DNA of 64,000 nucleotides. Source: Botryllus schlosseri (lineage: Eukaryota). The translations under genes were made by a program, and so were the position numbers. Numbering within the stretch: position 1 is the stretch's first letter; every line of letters begins with the position of its first letter. Below the pieces are notes generated by a model that did not search any database, was not told where the DNA came from, and saw nothing but the letters and a program-made list of their open reading frames with translations. Of this stretch, positions 51,001 to 59,407 are shown piece after piece. The DNA is taken from the NCBI GenBank assembly GCA_051294905.1, contig CM119381.1, forward strand, positions 21,514,001 to 21,578,000, written 5' to 3'.

Positions 51001-54000
51001 ATCTGTATTTTGTAAAATCAATCATAAAAGTGATGATACAACTACTTTATGATATAACTACCCAACGAAGATCACGCCCTTGAAATTCAATAAACAAATA
51101 ATAAGGGAAGCGATTCGGGCATTTGGATATCGTATTACGAATCGGTACCAATATCGACTATTTTCAGGGAAGATCTTCTCGTCACAGTCGGCACCGTGTC
51201 TTTTCTTCCGCCGAACGGCACGAAATATAAAGTCGAGTTTATCAGTCGACCTCCAGAGTAAGTGACAATATTTATAAGCATCTCGCCTATTGACGTCAGC
51301 TTATAATGCAATCGTTTCAGTTCAATAATAATGCATCCGGAAGGAGCCGGTCTTCTAAAACTCTCAGCTAACATGGCGTTTTCTTCTTTCGTGCAACCGG
51401 CCTGCGTTGCCATCCCTGGCTTGACGAGTGAACCCGAACCTGGTGAATTTTGCGTCGCACTTGGATGGGGCTCCAGACGTAAGTTGTCATTGATTTGCGA
51501 ATGGGAATTGTTCGCTATAACTGTTGACCGGTCAACGAGAATTTCGTGCGTGGTTATACACATTGAAATGTCGACAATCGTTATTATTCTCTTGCGCATG
51601 TTGGTAGGCCCTACGACATCCATCTCACAATAATTAGAGGAAATGCGGTCTTTGAATCTTGCTGTAAATGAGCCTTTTACTGCGTACGTGACGGCCCAGC
51701 CAAGAATGAGGTTCTTTGGTAGGGTATGTGCGGTACGAAATGGTGCATGTATGCAGGTCGTCGTCTCATTGAAGATTTCGATTTGATGTACATTATCAAT
51801 TTTACATTTGACATGAGTACATTACTAATGCATAGGGATGTGTAAGAGTTAGGCTTCTAGATTAGATTCGGACATATATCCAACTTTATGCGCAAGAGCT
51901 TCGGGATAACAGAATTCGGACCATTGGTATTTCGACAGCCTACCCATGACTTGGGTGAATTCGAATTGCTGACTATTATTGCTGCCGAGGAGTCTAGCCC
52001 AGATACAGTACGATGTCGGGATTTGGCATATGACATTCTGTTACTTCAATTGGCAGCTCAAAATTTATAGATTTCACCTGGGATTAGGGTGTTTGGTTTC
52101 ATAGTCACGCGCCAAATTGCAACGAACGCAATCAATACAAATCATATCATATCACTGCCTTACCTGCGGGCCAACAACTACTTTTATACCCTTTTTTAAT
52201 GATAACTTCATCATACAAACCGTTTATGATATAATCAGTAGTTTTCCACATGATTCGCGTGCGGACGTCGATGCACAAATGAAAATTGTAATTTCAGTTT
52301 CTGAGTTCGTGGAATCTGGATCTTTGAGACAAGCTCAAGTTCCCATACAGCATGAGGATGTTTGCACTGCTACGCGTCCGTTTGGAGACGCCAATACAAC
52401 CTTCTGCAGCGGAGACAGCGTAAACGGCGGTGTCGGCTCCTGCACGGTAACTTCAAACTCATGCAGTCACCTAGCAGTTGAATATATTGTATAAATTCTC
52501 TCTCTCTCTCTCTCTGTCGAACAGTCTGATCGTGGCGGGCCAGTCATGTGCTTTCGTGACAACGTCTGGATACAATTCGGAATTATCGTCCGTCCATCGT
52601 GCGGGGAATTCGGTGTTTTCGATTTTTACACAAGAGTTTCGTATTATACCGAATGGATAGAAGAAAGTGAGTATATAGCGTTACACTCGTCCACAAATAT
52701 CCAGATTTTTGGCGGCACGCCGTGAATGAAAATAGTGTATTTCATCGATTTCTCCCACAGTGTATAGAAGTGCTCTTCAACCTTTTTCGTCGTGGTAAAC
52801 CCTTTTAACTTTTATCCGAAAATCGTACACCCTGACCACCACGTTGATTCCGTAGTAAGCCTATATATCCCAGGGGTGTTCAACCGTTTTGCTATTCACG
52901 GCTTTTTTCGATTAGATATATAGCATCCAACCGCCATAACATCTCGACGTCATATACTCACGATGAATTAGCTACTGGAAACTTGGCATCGCGGATAGCC
53001 CTTGCGTATAAAAGTTTTTAACTGTGCCGTAGGTTTTATCTATGCACCAAAATTGGGAGTTTGAATGCTGGGGAATGTTATCTGGATTCCTTTTCTACCG
53101 GGAAAAATAATTTTGTCGATACTAGTGTTTTTTTTCTTCATATTATACTGTCAAATATTTATCCATTCTTTTCCCACGTGATCAGACTAACTAATAGAGC
53201 TGATGTATACACCTATAGGGGGTGTCTTCAAAAATATTGGGCACAGAATTAATGATGATGCCTCGTCCGGTTTTTATTAATGACTTTGTTGCATGTTGCT
53301 ATTTTTGACGTCCCATCGGGATTGTAGGCATAGTCGAAATATATATTGGAATCGCCCCAACGTAGCAGAAAAATCTTCATTCGTGAAACGCACACGATTC
53401 TGACTTGGTATTTCTTTATGGGGTGCATCATTTTCCTCTGCGGTAAGATTTTCAAGTTTAATTATACTCTCTCAAAGATTTAGGAACCAATTCGTTAATT
53501 CAAATGGCATTCTGACGACCGTCAACACACGACCATTTAATTATGTTTAGAGGGCCGCCTAATTTTTGTTTAACGGCTGCATGCGACCGCACCCCTGCGG
53601 GTTTCGACCTCTGACGAGTTGAAATTTGGATGAACAAGGCTGCAACGTATGGACAGTGCTAAATACTATAATCAGGGCTCTGGGTTACCGTACCACCACG
53701 ACCACCTAACACAGTGTTTCCCAAACTCGTCCCATTACCGATGAATGATGAACCAATGGTGAGGATAAACATTCGCTCATGACATCACAAAAGGAATGTA
53801 ATTTACAAGCTGCGTACAGCTGATATGAACATTGTGTTATATTGCACAACCGGTCAACGTGCTCTGAGGCATAAACTTGCCTATTTATTGTGATAATCAG
53901 TAATTGGTCCATTTCAATGCGGGTCTGGTACACCCCAGTACACCCATCTGAGTGGTACACCCTTTTATAATTTTGGTACACCCCAGGGTGTACGAAAGAG

Positions 54001-55700
54001 CCTGACGTATAGGATACAAATCGGGTAAACGGCACTTCTGCATTTCCTGATATAAAATACTGCTTTCACGCCCATCCCAATGGGCAGATACGAGTAAGAC
54101 CCACAAATTCTTGTTGGGATATGTATGCACCAGGGTATAGTGACTTCTGTTCTCGCGTACCACCCAAAGAAATGGCAAGAATGCGATGAACATAAACTTA
54201 ATCCACTGCACACCTATATGATATATATACATGATGATTGAGCCGTAGGTTCAGTTCACCCAATGGGATGAGTATCAAAGTAAATTCTATAACTAGAAGG
54301 GGCCGAAGGCCTGATTTGGACCACGCTACTGCGGAGATCAGGTGGGATACACCTCTATACCGCCCATGTATACTTACAGAGCCCGAGCTTATTCGGTGCT
54401 ATCGATTATTATTATTTTTGCCGTGCGTACAGGCACAGAGAATACTTTCAGGGGGTTTAGCTGTAGTATTCCCGGATTCGTTGACCGGTTAAGAATCTTC
54501 CATAACGTTTAGTATTTTCAACCAATACAAACAACGTCGGCATATGTGGGAGTGTAGTGGATATCACACTGTGCTGCTAGTGGCAAAGAATTGTCAAAAG
54601 TCAAAAGACACTGGATTGCAAAGCTATATAATAATTCAACTTTGGTTGTGGAAAGATTCTCCTAAAAAGCTTCTCCTTCTGATCTTCAATTTATTTAGCT
54701 ATGAACATGACGCTGCCAAAGCACACTGTGAGCGATTCTACCGCCACGAATTCGACTACGCATTCCGCTACCAATATGTTGTCAACAACCTCGGTCTCTA
54801 CGGCGACTGCAACGTTACGTCCCGGTGAGATGTCATTAGCTATATATAAATTCAAGTTTGTACTGGGGGAAAAATTAGCAATATACATTGAACTAAGAAT
54901 GAGAACAGTAGCCTATGCCATATTAGAGATATGAGGAGACTTCAGTTAGTGATGGGAATATGCGTTATATTTATAATATCATGAGGTAACATAGTCTTAT
55001 TTTGACACGGGCTCATTTCATCGACGCGATTATAACAAAATGTGACGGGACGCACCGCTTCTTCGATGAGAAAACACTCTTCTCATGAAATACATTATTG
55101 CTTTGGGATATAAAATGATGTATTTTGCATGGTATGGATATGATGTAGAAATTTTTTGATAGGTTTGTTCAGATTTCAAGGATTTCTCGGAATATATGTT
55201 ATCACTGAGTATCATGAATACACGATGTTAGTTGTTTTATAAACAAAGATGGCTAATTTATTATTGTCTGGATTACAGCAGTAACCGTTACTGATGAAAG
55301 TATGACATCACCTGCCGGTGAAGTACCCCAATCGACAAATAACAATACCGGTAAGCCTTTTTTACAACCTGAGGCATGTTAATTGTAGTCCTTACTTATA
55401 GGCCCAAAAATATTGAAACCACGATCTGTAAACATATGCAGACGTATTGTATAGCGTCTATATTCAGTATATAGAAAATCAGTAATCGTGTGATATTGTA
55501 TGGACTTGTCCCCAGAACAATAACAGCGAAGAATATCCAGTGTCATGGCCGCAATCAGCGCAATTACATCGTAGTGTATATAATCGAAATTAATGAATTT
55601 TATTTTCACATTTTTAGTGGCAGCAACCACCTCAGCAGCTACCACGATATTTCCACAGCACGTTATACTGCTGACTGTTATACTGGCGATGATTCAGTGA
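8963..55700 (+). CDS. 42-exon gene for a ~1610-aa polyprotease: SP-CUB-CUB-[CUB-LDLa-S1 protease]x3-Ser/Thr stalk-GPI-like tail (ovochymase/polyserase-like mosaic)
   Basis: Hand-spliced model. All 41 introns are GT-AG, every junction is in frame, and the exon lengths sum to 4833 nt (1611 codons including TGA). Domain motifs are listed in the sub-features. Extra small exons in the long introns cannot be excluded. Confidence 0.9.
9361..9716. mobile_element. hAT MITE, TAGGCTTACCATA-end family (inverted relative to 11105-11449)
   Basis: Ends taggcttaccata / tatggtaacccca. The body is the reverse complement of 11105-11449. TSD is degenerate. Confidence 0.8.
9993..10665 (+). CDS. Exons 2-4: CUB domain 1
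   Basis: 9993-10114 [40 protein letters not shown]; 10378-10470 [31 protein letters not shown]; 10545-10665 [40 protein letters not shown]. Confidence 0.9.
11105..11449. mobile_element. hAT MITE, TAGGCTTACCATA-end family
   Basis: TIRs taggcttaccata / tatggtaagccta. Perfect TSD agtaaaag. Confidence 0.9.
11930..12878. mobile_element. Non-autonomous hAT element, CAGGGCCGTAAC-end family
   Basis: Ends cagcaccgtaac / gttacggccctg. Perfect TSD acgatacc. Related pieces lie at ~22560, ~25080-25500, 31520-31915 and 36463-36654. Confidence 0.85.
13240..13782 (+). CDS. Exons 5-7: CUB domain 2
   Basis: 13240-13373 ...[31 protein letters not shown]; 13492-13596 [28 protein letters not shown]...; 13656-13782 ...[38 protein letters not shown]. 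Confidence 0.9.
14170..15542. mobile_element. 1.37-kb non-autonomous hAT Buster-like element
   Basis: Ends ccgtggtcgggaacc / ggttcccgaccactg. Perfect TSD caatatag. A full-length inverted copy lies at 44270-45668. Confidence 0.9.
16110..16833. mobile_element. hAT MITE, TAGGGATGGTGTGAAC-end family with GTGAAC subterminal arrays
   Basis: Ends taggcatggtg / catcatcccta. Perfect TSD atgtggcc. Confidence 0.85.
17009..17176. repeat. Small fold-back element with a TTAGGG-like core
   Basis: Inverted arms tgtcgtaatagcgaaggatttaaa / tttaaatacttcgctattaagaca enclose ggttag/tttgggtt/cttagggg-type units. Confidence 0.55.
17995..18846. mobile_element. hAT MITE, TAGGGATGGTGTGAAC-end family (inverted relative to 16110-16833)
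   Basis: TIRs tagggatggtgtgaac / gttcacaccatcccta. Perfect TSD ctttcaac. Confidence 0.9.
18935..20156 (+). CDS. Exons 8-10: CUB domain 3
   Basis: 18935-19062 APTCDG...[28 protein letters not shown]; 19157-19258 [34 protein letters not shown]; 20024-20156 [44 protein letters not shown]. Confidence 0.9.
20216..21873 (+). CDS. Exons 11-12: LDLa repeat 1 and activation linker 1
   Basis: 20216-20326 [36 protein letters not shown](C); 21815-21873 [19 protein letters not shown]. Confidence 0.9.
20639..20988. mobile_element. hAT MITE, TAGGGTTAC-end family
   Basis: Ends tagggttacatt / atatggcatcccta. TSD tataaaac/tgtaaaac. Confidence 0.8.
22802..23322. mobile_element. hAT MITE, TAGGGTTGC-end family with TTAAAC arrays
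   Basis: Ends tagggttgcattt / aaatgcaactcta. TSD ttggtaac/gtggtaac. Partial inverted copies lie at 39839-40118 and 49090-49530. Confidence 0.8.
23730..30430 (+). CDS. Exons 13-17: serine protease domain 1 (complete triad, chymotrypsin-like pocket)
   Basis: 23730-23887 HSR|IVGG...VLTAAHC; 25942-26049; 26176-26333 YDIAVL...PICLP...TGWG; 29850-29998 ...GGASTCQ; 30286-30430 GDSGGP...TSFG...PGSY. By manual alignment the pocket is Ser189/Gly216/Gly226. Confidence 0.92.
24153..24465. mobile_element. Fused MITE fragments: Buster-like left end plus an inverted end of the 30556 family
   Basis: cagtggtgggaaaac...gcggcccgcg at the left. At the right, gcgcacgtgcgcagcttagagagaacattg is the reverse complement of the start of 30556. 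Confidence 0.55.
27390..28600 (-). mobile_element. 5'-truncated, decayed Penelope-like retroelement (RT thumb, GIY-YIG endonuclease, 3' pseudo-LTR)
   Basis: - strand peptides [12 protein letters not shown]...[36 protein letters not shown] and [13 protein letters not shown]...[31 protein letters not shown] match the conserved Penelope RT C-terminus and GIY-YIG domain. Frameshifted. The right boundary is uncertain. Confidence 0.85.
27451..27496 (-). ncRNA. Degenerate minimal hammerhead ribozyme (Penelope family 1)
   Basis: Same 46-nt motif as 63597-63642, but with core changes CUGACGA>CUAACGA and GAAA>GAAG. Confidence 0.6.
30556..31999. mobile_element. Composite hAT element (CAATGTTCCCTC ends) carrying ~1.2 kb of cargo
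   Basis: Left end caatgttccctc at 30556. Right ends gagggaacattg end at both 30736 and 31999. The perfect TSD atcatatg flanks only the outer pair (30548-30555, 32000-32007). Confidence 0.8.
32997..33758. mobile_element. Old Buster-like MITE split by the 33085-33649 insertion
   Basis: Ends tggtggtttccaa / ttgagaaccacca. No clear TSD. Confidence 0.5.
33085..33649. mobile_element. hAT MITE, CAGGGTTGTAA-end family with GACTCGAGTC arrays
   Basis: TIRs cagggttgtaa / ttacaaccctg. Perfect TSD ggtcagca. Confidence 0.9.
34131..35978 (+). CDS. Exons 18-21: short linker and CUB domain 4
   Basis: 34131-34163 [10 protein letters not shown]; 34227-34342 ...[31 protein letters not shown]; 35655-35768 [14 protein letters not shown]...[12 protein letters not shown]; 35846-35978 ...ICGYRPP...[21 protein letters not shown]. 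Confidence 0.9.
34356..34890. mobile_element. hAT MITE, CAGGGTTGTAA-end family (second copy, same orientation)
   Basis: TIRs as above. Perfect TSD tgttgtaa. Begins 13 nt after the exon-19 donor. Confidence 0.9.
36047..36282 (+). CDS. Exons 22-23: LDLa repeat 2 and activation linker 2
   Basis: 36047-36157 [36 protein letters not shown]; 36221-36282 [20 protein letters not shown]. Confidence 0.9.
36463..36654. mobile_element. Internally deleted copy of the 11930-12878 family
   Basis: Ends cagggccgtaac / gtttcggccctg. TSD gctgcagc/gctgtagc. Confidence 0.8.
37070..44013 (+). CDS. Exons 24-28: serine protease domain 2 (complete triad, non-tryptic activation site and pocket)
   Basis: 37070-37224 TPL|IIGG...VLTAAHC; 39180-39290; 40925-41073 RNDIAFL...PVCLP...TGWG; 43653-43810 ILQQVQV...DLGACF; 43875-44013 GDSGGP...ASFITG...RSFY. 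By manual alignment the pocket is Gly189/Ile216/Ser226. Confidence 0.92.
37298..38175. mobile_element. hAT MITE, CAGTGTT-end family with AGTCA/GACTCGA arrays
   Basis: Ends cagtgttgcgat / atcgtaatactg. Flanks gtatcttt(ata)/gtatctta resemble a disturbed TSD. Confidence 0.7.
38212..38700. mobile_element. Right-truncated tandem copy of the 37298 family
   Basis: cagtgttgggatcaagtcaatacc... is colinear with 37298-~37720. Confidence 0.65.
39839..40118. mobile_element. Partial copy of the 22802-23322 family, interrupted by a Penelope fragment
   Basis: Matches the reverse complement of the right half of 22802-23322 (gtgacgtcacgaatc..., catcgtatacgtcgactacattgggtgcaaatcgt). Confidence 0.65.
40119..40428 (-). 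mobile_element. Penelope-like 3' fragment (end of GIY-YIG ORF plus pseudo-LTR), family 1
   Basis: The - strand reads [36 protein letters not shown] (stop 40317-40319), followed by the same 3' region as 27390-27590 and 63556-63704. Confidence 0.88.
40180..40225 (-). ncRNA. Intact minimal type I hammerhead ribozyme (Penelope family 1)
   Basis: GCUGAC-gauu-ACCC-CUGACGA-G-uGUCAGC-C-GAAA-AUAU-UC-GGGU-uc. The core is complete. Confidence 0.8.
41410..41570. repeat. CTACTT/AGTAG motif array (related arrays at ~43395-43560 and ~49720-50100)
   Basis: Repeated ctacttctactt...gagtag units. Probably subterminal arrays of a decayed MITE family. Termini not resolved. Confidence 0.45.
41698..42584. mobile_element. 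hAT Buster-like MITE
   Basis: TIRs cagaggtctcaaac / gtttgagacctctg. Perfect TSD ttatggag. Confidence 0.9.
44270..45668. mobile_element. Full-length inverted copy of the 14170-15542 element
   Basis: Ends tagtggtcgggaacc / ggttcccaaccactg. TSD gtatacac/ttattcac (6 of 8). The body is colinear with the reverse complement of 14170-15542. Confidence 0.88.
46027..46160 (-). mobile_element. Probable 3' tail of an L2/CR1-type LINE or derived SINE
   Basis: The - strand ends ...gaataaaagcata(ctga)5. An AATAAA plus short tandem-repeat tail is typical of these clades. No clear ORF remains. Confidence 0.4.
46670..49012 (+). CDS. Exons 29-32: 18-nt micro-exon and CUB domain 5
   Basis: 46670-46687 INDVQ; 46772-46893 [18 protein letters not shown]...[14 protein letters not shown]; 47561-47662 [27 protein letters not shown]...; 48877-49012 ...LCGS...[22 protein letters not shown]. 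Confidence 0.88.
47144..47190 (-). ncRNA. Degenerate minimal hammerhead ribozyme (family 2, left arm)
   Basis: ACUGAC-guucgccc-CUGAUCA-G-aGUCAGU-C-GAAA-CGCU-UC-GAGUGG. One core change (G8>C). Confidence 0.55.
47324..47370 (+). ncRNA. Degenerate minimal hammerhead ribozyme (family 2, right arm)
   Basis: ACUGAC-guucgccc-CUGAUGA-G-aguaagu-u-ggaaaacu-UC-GAGUGG. CUGAUGA is intact, while the helix II/GAAA region is mutated. Confidence 0.5.
47890..48630. mobile_element. Terminus-less copy of the 17995-18846 family
   Basis: Colinear with ~18020-18660 (gtgaacgcgaac..., gtgacgtcatattgct..., tgccactatgctgaagt..., ttcaacaagga.ttgcaaggg). Confidence 0.65.
49090..49530. mobile_element. Partial copy of the 22802-23322 family
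   Basis: Starts tagggttgtat. Shares ttaaaacatggccc..., gacgtcacgaatc and gggtgcaagtcgtccgtaggct blocks. Confidence 0.6.
50359..50586 (+). CDS. Exons 33-34: LDLa repeat 3 and activation linker 3
   Basis: 50359-50472 [37 protein letters not shown]; 50534-50586 [17 protein letters not shown]. Confidence 0.9.
50645..52666 (+). CDS. Exons 35-39: catalytically dead serine protease homologue (domain 3)
   Basis: 50645-50802 HAR|IVGG...VLTSATC (His>Thr); 51168-51257; 51321-51478 EGAGLLKL (Asp lost)...PACVA...LGWG; 52298-52446; 52525-52666 SDRGGP (Ser>Arg)...[12 protein letters not shown]. Confidence 0.9.
54699..55700 (+). CDS. Exons 40-42: Ser/Thr-rich stalk and C-terminal hydrophobic GPI-signal-like tail
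   Basis: 54699-54824 [41 protein letters not shown]; 55279-55350 [23 protein letters not shown]; 55618-55700 [26 protein letters not shown]. Confidence 0.82.
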
Positions 55701-56383
55701 TTGGACGAAGGATGTCGAATCCGCGAATATACGTAACCGTTGGGGATTCGTAACTGATCAATAACTAATTAATACCTCAAATAACAACATGCAACACCAT
55801 AGCACTAGGCAGAAGTTTATTGCGAATTTATTAAATATAATTCCGATGGATTATATAATCTGGCGCGTAGCCGGGAGAGAAATGTCCTTCTAGCCCACCA
55901 AATTTTCCGTCTGTTCATTGCGAAGTCATCTGTACTCACTTCGTGGCAATGGGATCTTTGACGTCAGGTTAGTTGTTGAAAAATCTCGCCCCTCCCGAAC
56001 TGGCTATTCTTATGAATATATTTGTTCATTTGCCGCTGCACTTGTAAAATATACTAATTTTAACGACTGCCATTAAGTGCGAACCACTTTGTATCGTAGC
56101 ATCTGTATTGCTATCGTGATCGTCTCAATTTCTTTGTGCTGCGTTCAATGATGAAAGGTATTAAATACTGAGTTTTCTATGCATGCACTTGCACCGCCTC
56201 CACACATGTCATCAGATACTCGTTATAAAACGCCGTACGTTTCTGCTTCACATTGAATATATACCAACGACAGACAGACAGACAGAAGTTTGTTTTTAAA
56301 TGCAAGAAAGTATTGTGGTGAAATTGTGGCCAGCGTAGCGATACGACCATCAGGTCATGAAGGGAGCTGGTCACCTTATATAC

Positions 56384-56807
56384 CATTGGTCGCGAACCTA
56401 TAGCTCGCGAGTCATATATGGCTCTTTTGGGTATAAGTTATGGCTCTTTTCCAAACATTTATTTTTGTACTAAATTGATCAACATTGCAGACCATCTATG
56501 GCGCCACTTACGCATGTGACCATGGGCTCTCGCATTTAAAAGGTGCATCGCGATGAAGCCACGTTCTCGTATTTCAAGTTTCGCATGCTCGAATAAAGTT
56601 ACCAGCATGATTACAGTAGGGTTTTTTACAGAGAACATGAGGTGCACATGACGAATACCATGTACAGTATGCGAATAGTGCTATCATGACGTCACGAATG
56701 TTTAATTGTGACGTAACAATTGTTTTACATGTATGGCTCTTCGATAGTTATAATGGAAAAAATTTGGCCAATATGGCTCTTCGGACGAAAAAGGTTCCCG
56801 ACCCCTG
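56384..56807. mobile_element. Internally deleted 424-bp derivative of the 14170/44270 family
   Basis: Ends cattggtcgcgaacc / ggttcccgacccctg with the same atatggctc subterminal repeats. Confidence 0.8.
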
Positions 56808-58352
56808 TCTTATACTTTATACTTCCATATAATAGGCCTATATTCCTTACGAGTTGGGGGTATCATATATGATATGGCCTGTCTCCGTGACCAATTTCTC
56901 CACGTTGACACGCCCTAAACATCGGGTACTACGTTTTTTTGAAAAGTTGAGACTTTTCCAATTTATTTGGTACCTTACGCAACAATTTTGGTTAGCAAAA
57001 TAAAAAAAAATTAGGTAAAAAATAAACTGAAAAAATGGTTATCTCCTAAAATTTCCTGATATTTTCCTAGTGGGAAATATTGTCTGAAATTCTACCGGAA
57101 GTCGACTTGTACGGTATTCCGTGCAAATAGTCACCGTTTCAAACACCGAAGCGTTCTCTTGGGAGTTTTCGGAGGGGAATTTATTAATTGAGGTCATGCT
57201 TCAGTGATTTTAAAGATCTAGGTCACAAGTTCAAGTCCGAATTCAGGCCGGATTCGAGTCATAAACTGGTTTACTATGTCTGTAATGTAAATGGTTGGAT
57301 ATGACAACAGAAAGCCTACTGCGTTGTTTTGTGCCACAGACCGGACGGTCGGGGTCAGATTGAGTCTTGATCATGAGTCTTGATAGCCACTCACTGTCCA
57401 CGCCAATTTGTAAATTTTCCATGTATTCTCCATTTTTCGATATCTGACAAAGCGCGCGGTTTCCAACCATGGTCGGCTTGTTTGAAACCAGGCAACAGCG
57501 GCTACGCACTGCAGTGTCATTTTCGTCTCTCTCTCTTAGAAGCCCTCCTGGGGGTCAGCCTTGGTAAATGAGAGAGAGGGAGAGTTTTTGGAGAGAAAGT
57601 TTGTATATTTATTTAACCTCATAAAAAAACTAGGCATGTCATGGGGTGTCGATCAAGGGCATAAACGGTAAAGGGCTAAAATCCGCCTACTTTTAAACTG
57701 GAACGGCCCAGATTCAAGTCTTGGTGAGGTCACGATGTGAATTTGAAAAGTGATAATCAGTTCTACAAAATGTGACGCCACCTCGTAAGTACCCTAATTC
57801 TGACTTCTTGTCGACCTTATTTTAGTCGAACTCCGCGGAAGTTCCAGAAAAAGCCGATTTTAACGTGTAATTTAGGGCGAATTGACATTTTTTATTCGTA
57901 TCTTTATCGTCACCTACCACTTTAAAGAAAAATAGAGGACGGATCGCGAAAAACAGGACATTTGGGCGTCCTCGAAGGGCATTTTTGTCTTACTGAAAAG
58001 TGGACATATGGCATCCCTATATATAGCGGTGAAGTCCAACAACAATGGCGAACTGAAATGCATGTATTAGTAGACATTATGATCTTAATAATCTAATAAT
58101 TAATTTTGCATAGCAAATGCGAATAGGAGGACATGACGCTTATAAATCCAGATTTCAAGGAGAAATACCCAGAAACTCGGATGAAAAAAAGGAATGACAA
58201 TTCTGATCCAAAACCAGGCGCAACGTACACCCCTGGATATCCTAGAAACAGGTCAATGACGAAACAATGTGATTACCAAAAGCGTTATTCAACATTATTT
58301 CTATTGGCAGCAACACAAAACGTGATCTCTATCCCCTGCGTATCAGTTATTA

Positions 58353-58388
58353 TAATATTTAAAATCATTCTGCTTTTTGCGCCACGAC

Positions 58389-58425
<37 letters not shown>

Positions 58426-58702
58426 GGGGAAACAGAGAAGGGGTTATTTGTTTTCGCCTGTACCATCGAGATGCTTTGACGACGGAGATGCGATACGACC
58501 GTAGGTCACCTAGTCTGCACCCCCGTTTTTCCTCTTCCACGCTATCGGTGGATAACAGTTTTCTAATCTTTGGTCTGGACCCGACAGGGTATCGAACCCA
58601 CGACCTGCCGATCAAGAAGCCGGACGCATCACCATTACCCTATCTCGTTCGGCATAGCCCAGGATTCAATCAAGTTTACGAATATATTTTTACATAACGT
58701 GA
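58353..58702 (-). mobile_element. tRNA-derived SINE with a (TC)n tail
   Basis: The - strand has an A box (tagggtaatgg) and B box (ggttcgatacc), and a (GA)n tract lies at 58394-58424. A 17-bp direct repeat ctgcgtatcagttatta flanks it (58336-58352, 58703-58719). Confidence 0.75.
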
Positions 58703-58890
58703 CTGCGTATCAGTTATTACTCAGGTTTTTAACTTAACGGCGGAAACTAATGATCCCATCCTCGTAAGCAATCTGTACTTGATCACTCGTCCTCCAACAT
58801 TTAAGACGTGTTATCTCAGCTCTTGAAAACGCTAGCGTGTTTCCGCGCTCACGGCGTTCGCGCTTCGTGGACTCTATATCAACTCTCGAC

Positions 58891-59407
58891 TAGGGCTGGG
58901 CAAAATCGAGTACCTGAGTGATTCGATTCTGAATCACGTGAAATGCTTCGAGTCGAGTCGAGTAATCGAGTATCACCCATTATGATGTCACAACATAATG
59001 TAATATGTCAAATTTCAAATATATACCTTTTATGCGACCACAAAGACTATAATTCCTGTTATCCATCACATTAAAGATATTTTGGTATTTTTTCGACCAT
59101 GCCGATTTCATTGCACTTGGTGACAATGTTGTGGGATAATCATGACTTCGGAAATGTGTTATTTCTAGTAACGTTCGTAGCTTTATACTATATCTTTGGT
59201 GTGCTACGATACGGCCAATCAAGGCTCCAAGGCTTCAACAGTGAAAATTAGTATCGAAACTATAATTCTCGTTGATAAATTAGCTTTCAGTGGCGAGGAG
59301 AGTATAATTTCAGTACTCGAAAAAATCGTATTTTACTACTCGACTCGAATCATTAAAATTAATACTCGATTGAGATTCGAGTACTCGAATCATTGTGCCC
59401 AGCCCTA
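58891..59407. mobile_element. hAT MITE, TAGGGCTGGGCA-end family with TCGA arrays
   Basis: TIRs tagggctgggca / tgcccagcccta. Perfect TSD ctctcgac. Confidence 0.9.

Noticed and set aside
53611-53640. CTGACGA...GAAA as another hammerhead
   Set aside because: Only GTT separates the motifs, with no G-C helix II, no helix I complementarity and no NUH site in register.
58133-58504. 123-aa ORF with an RE repeat
   Set aside because: The RE run is the SINE's (GA)n tail read on the opposite strand, and there are no other coding signatures.
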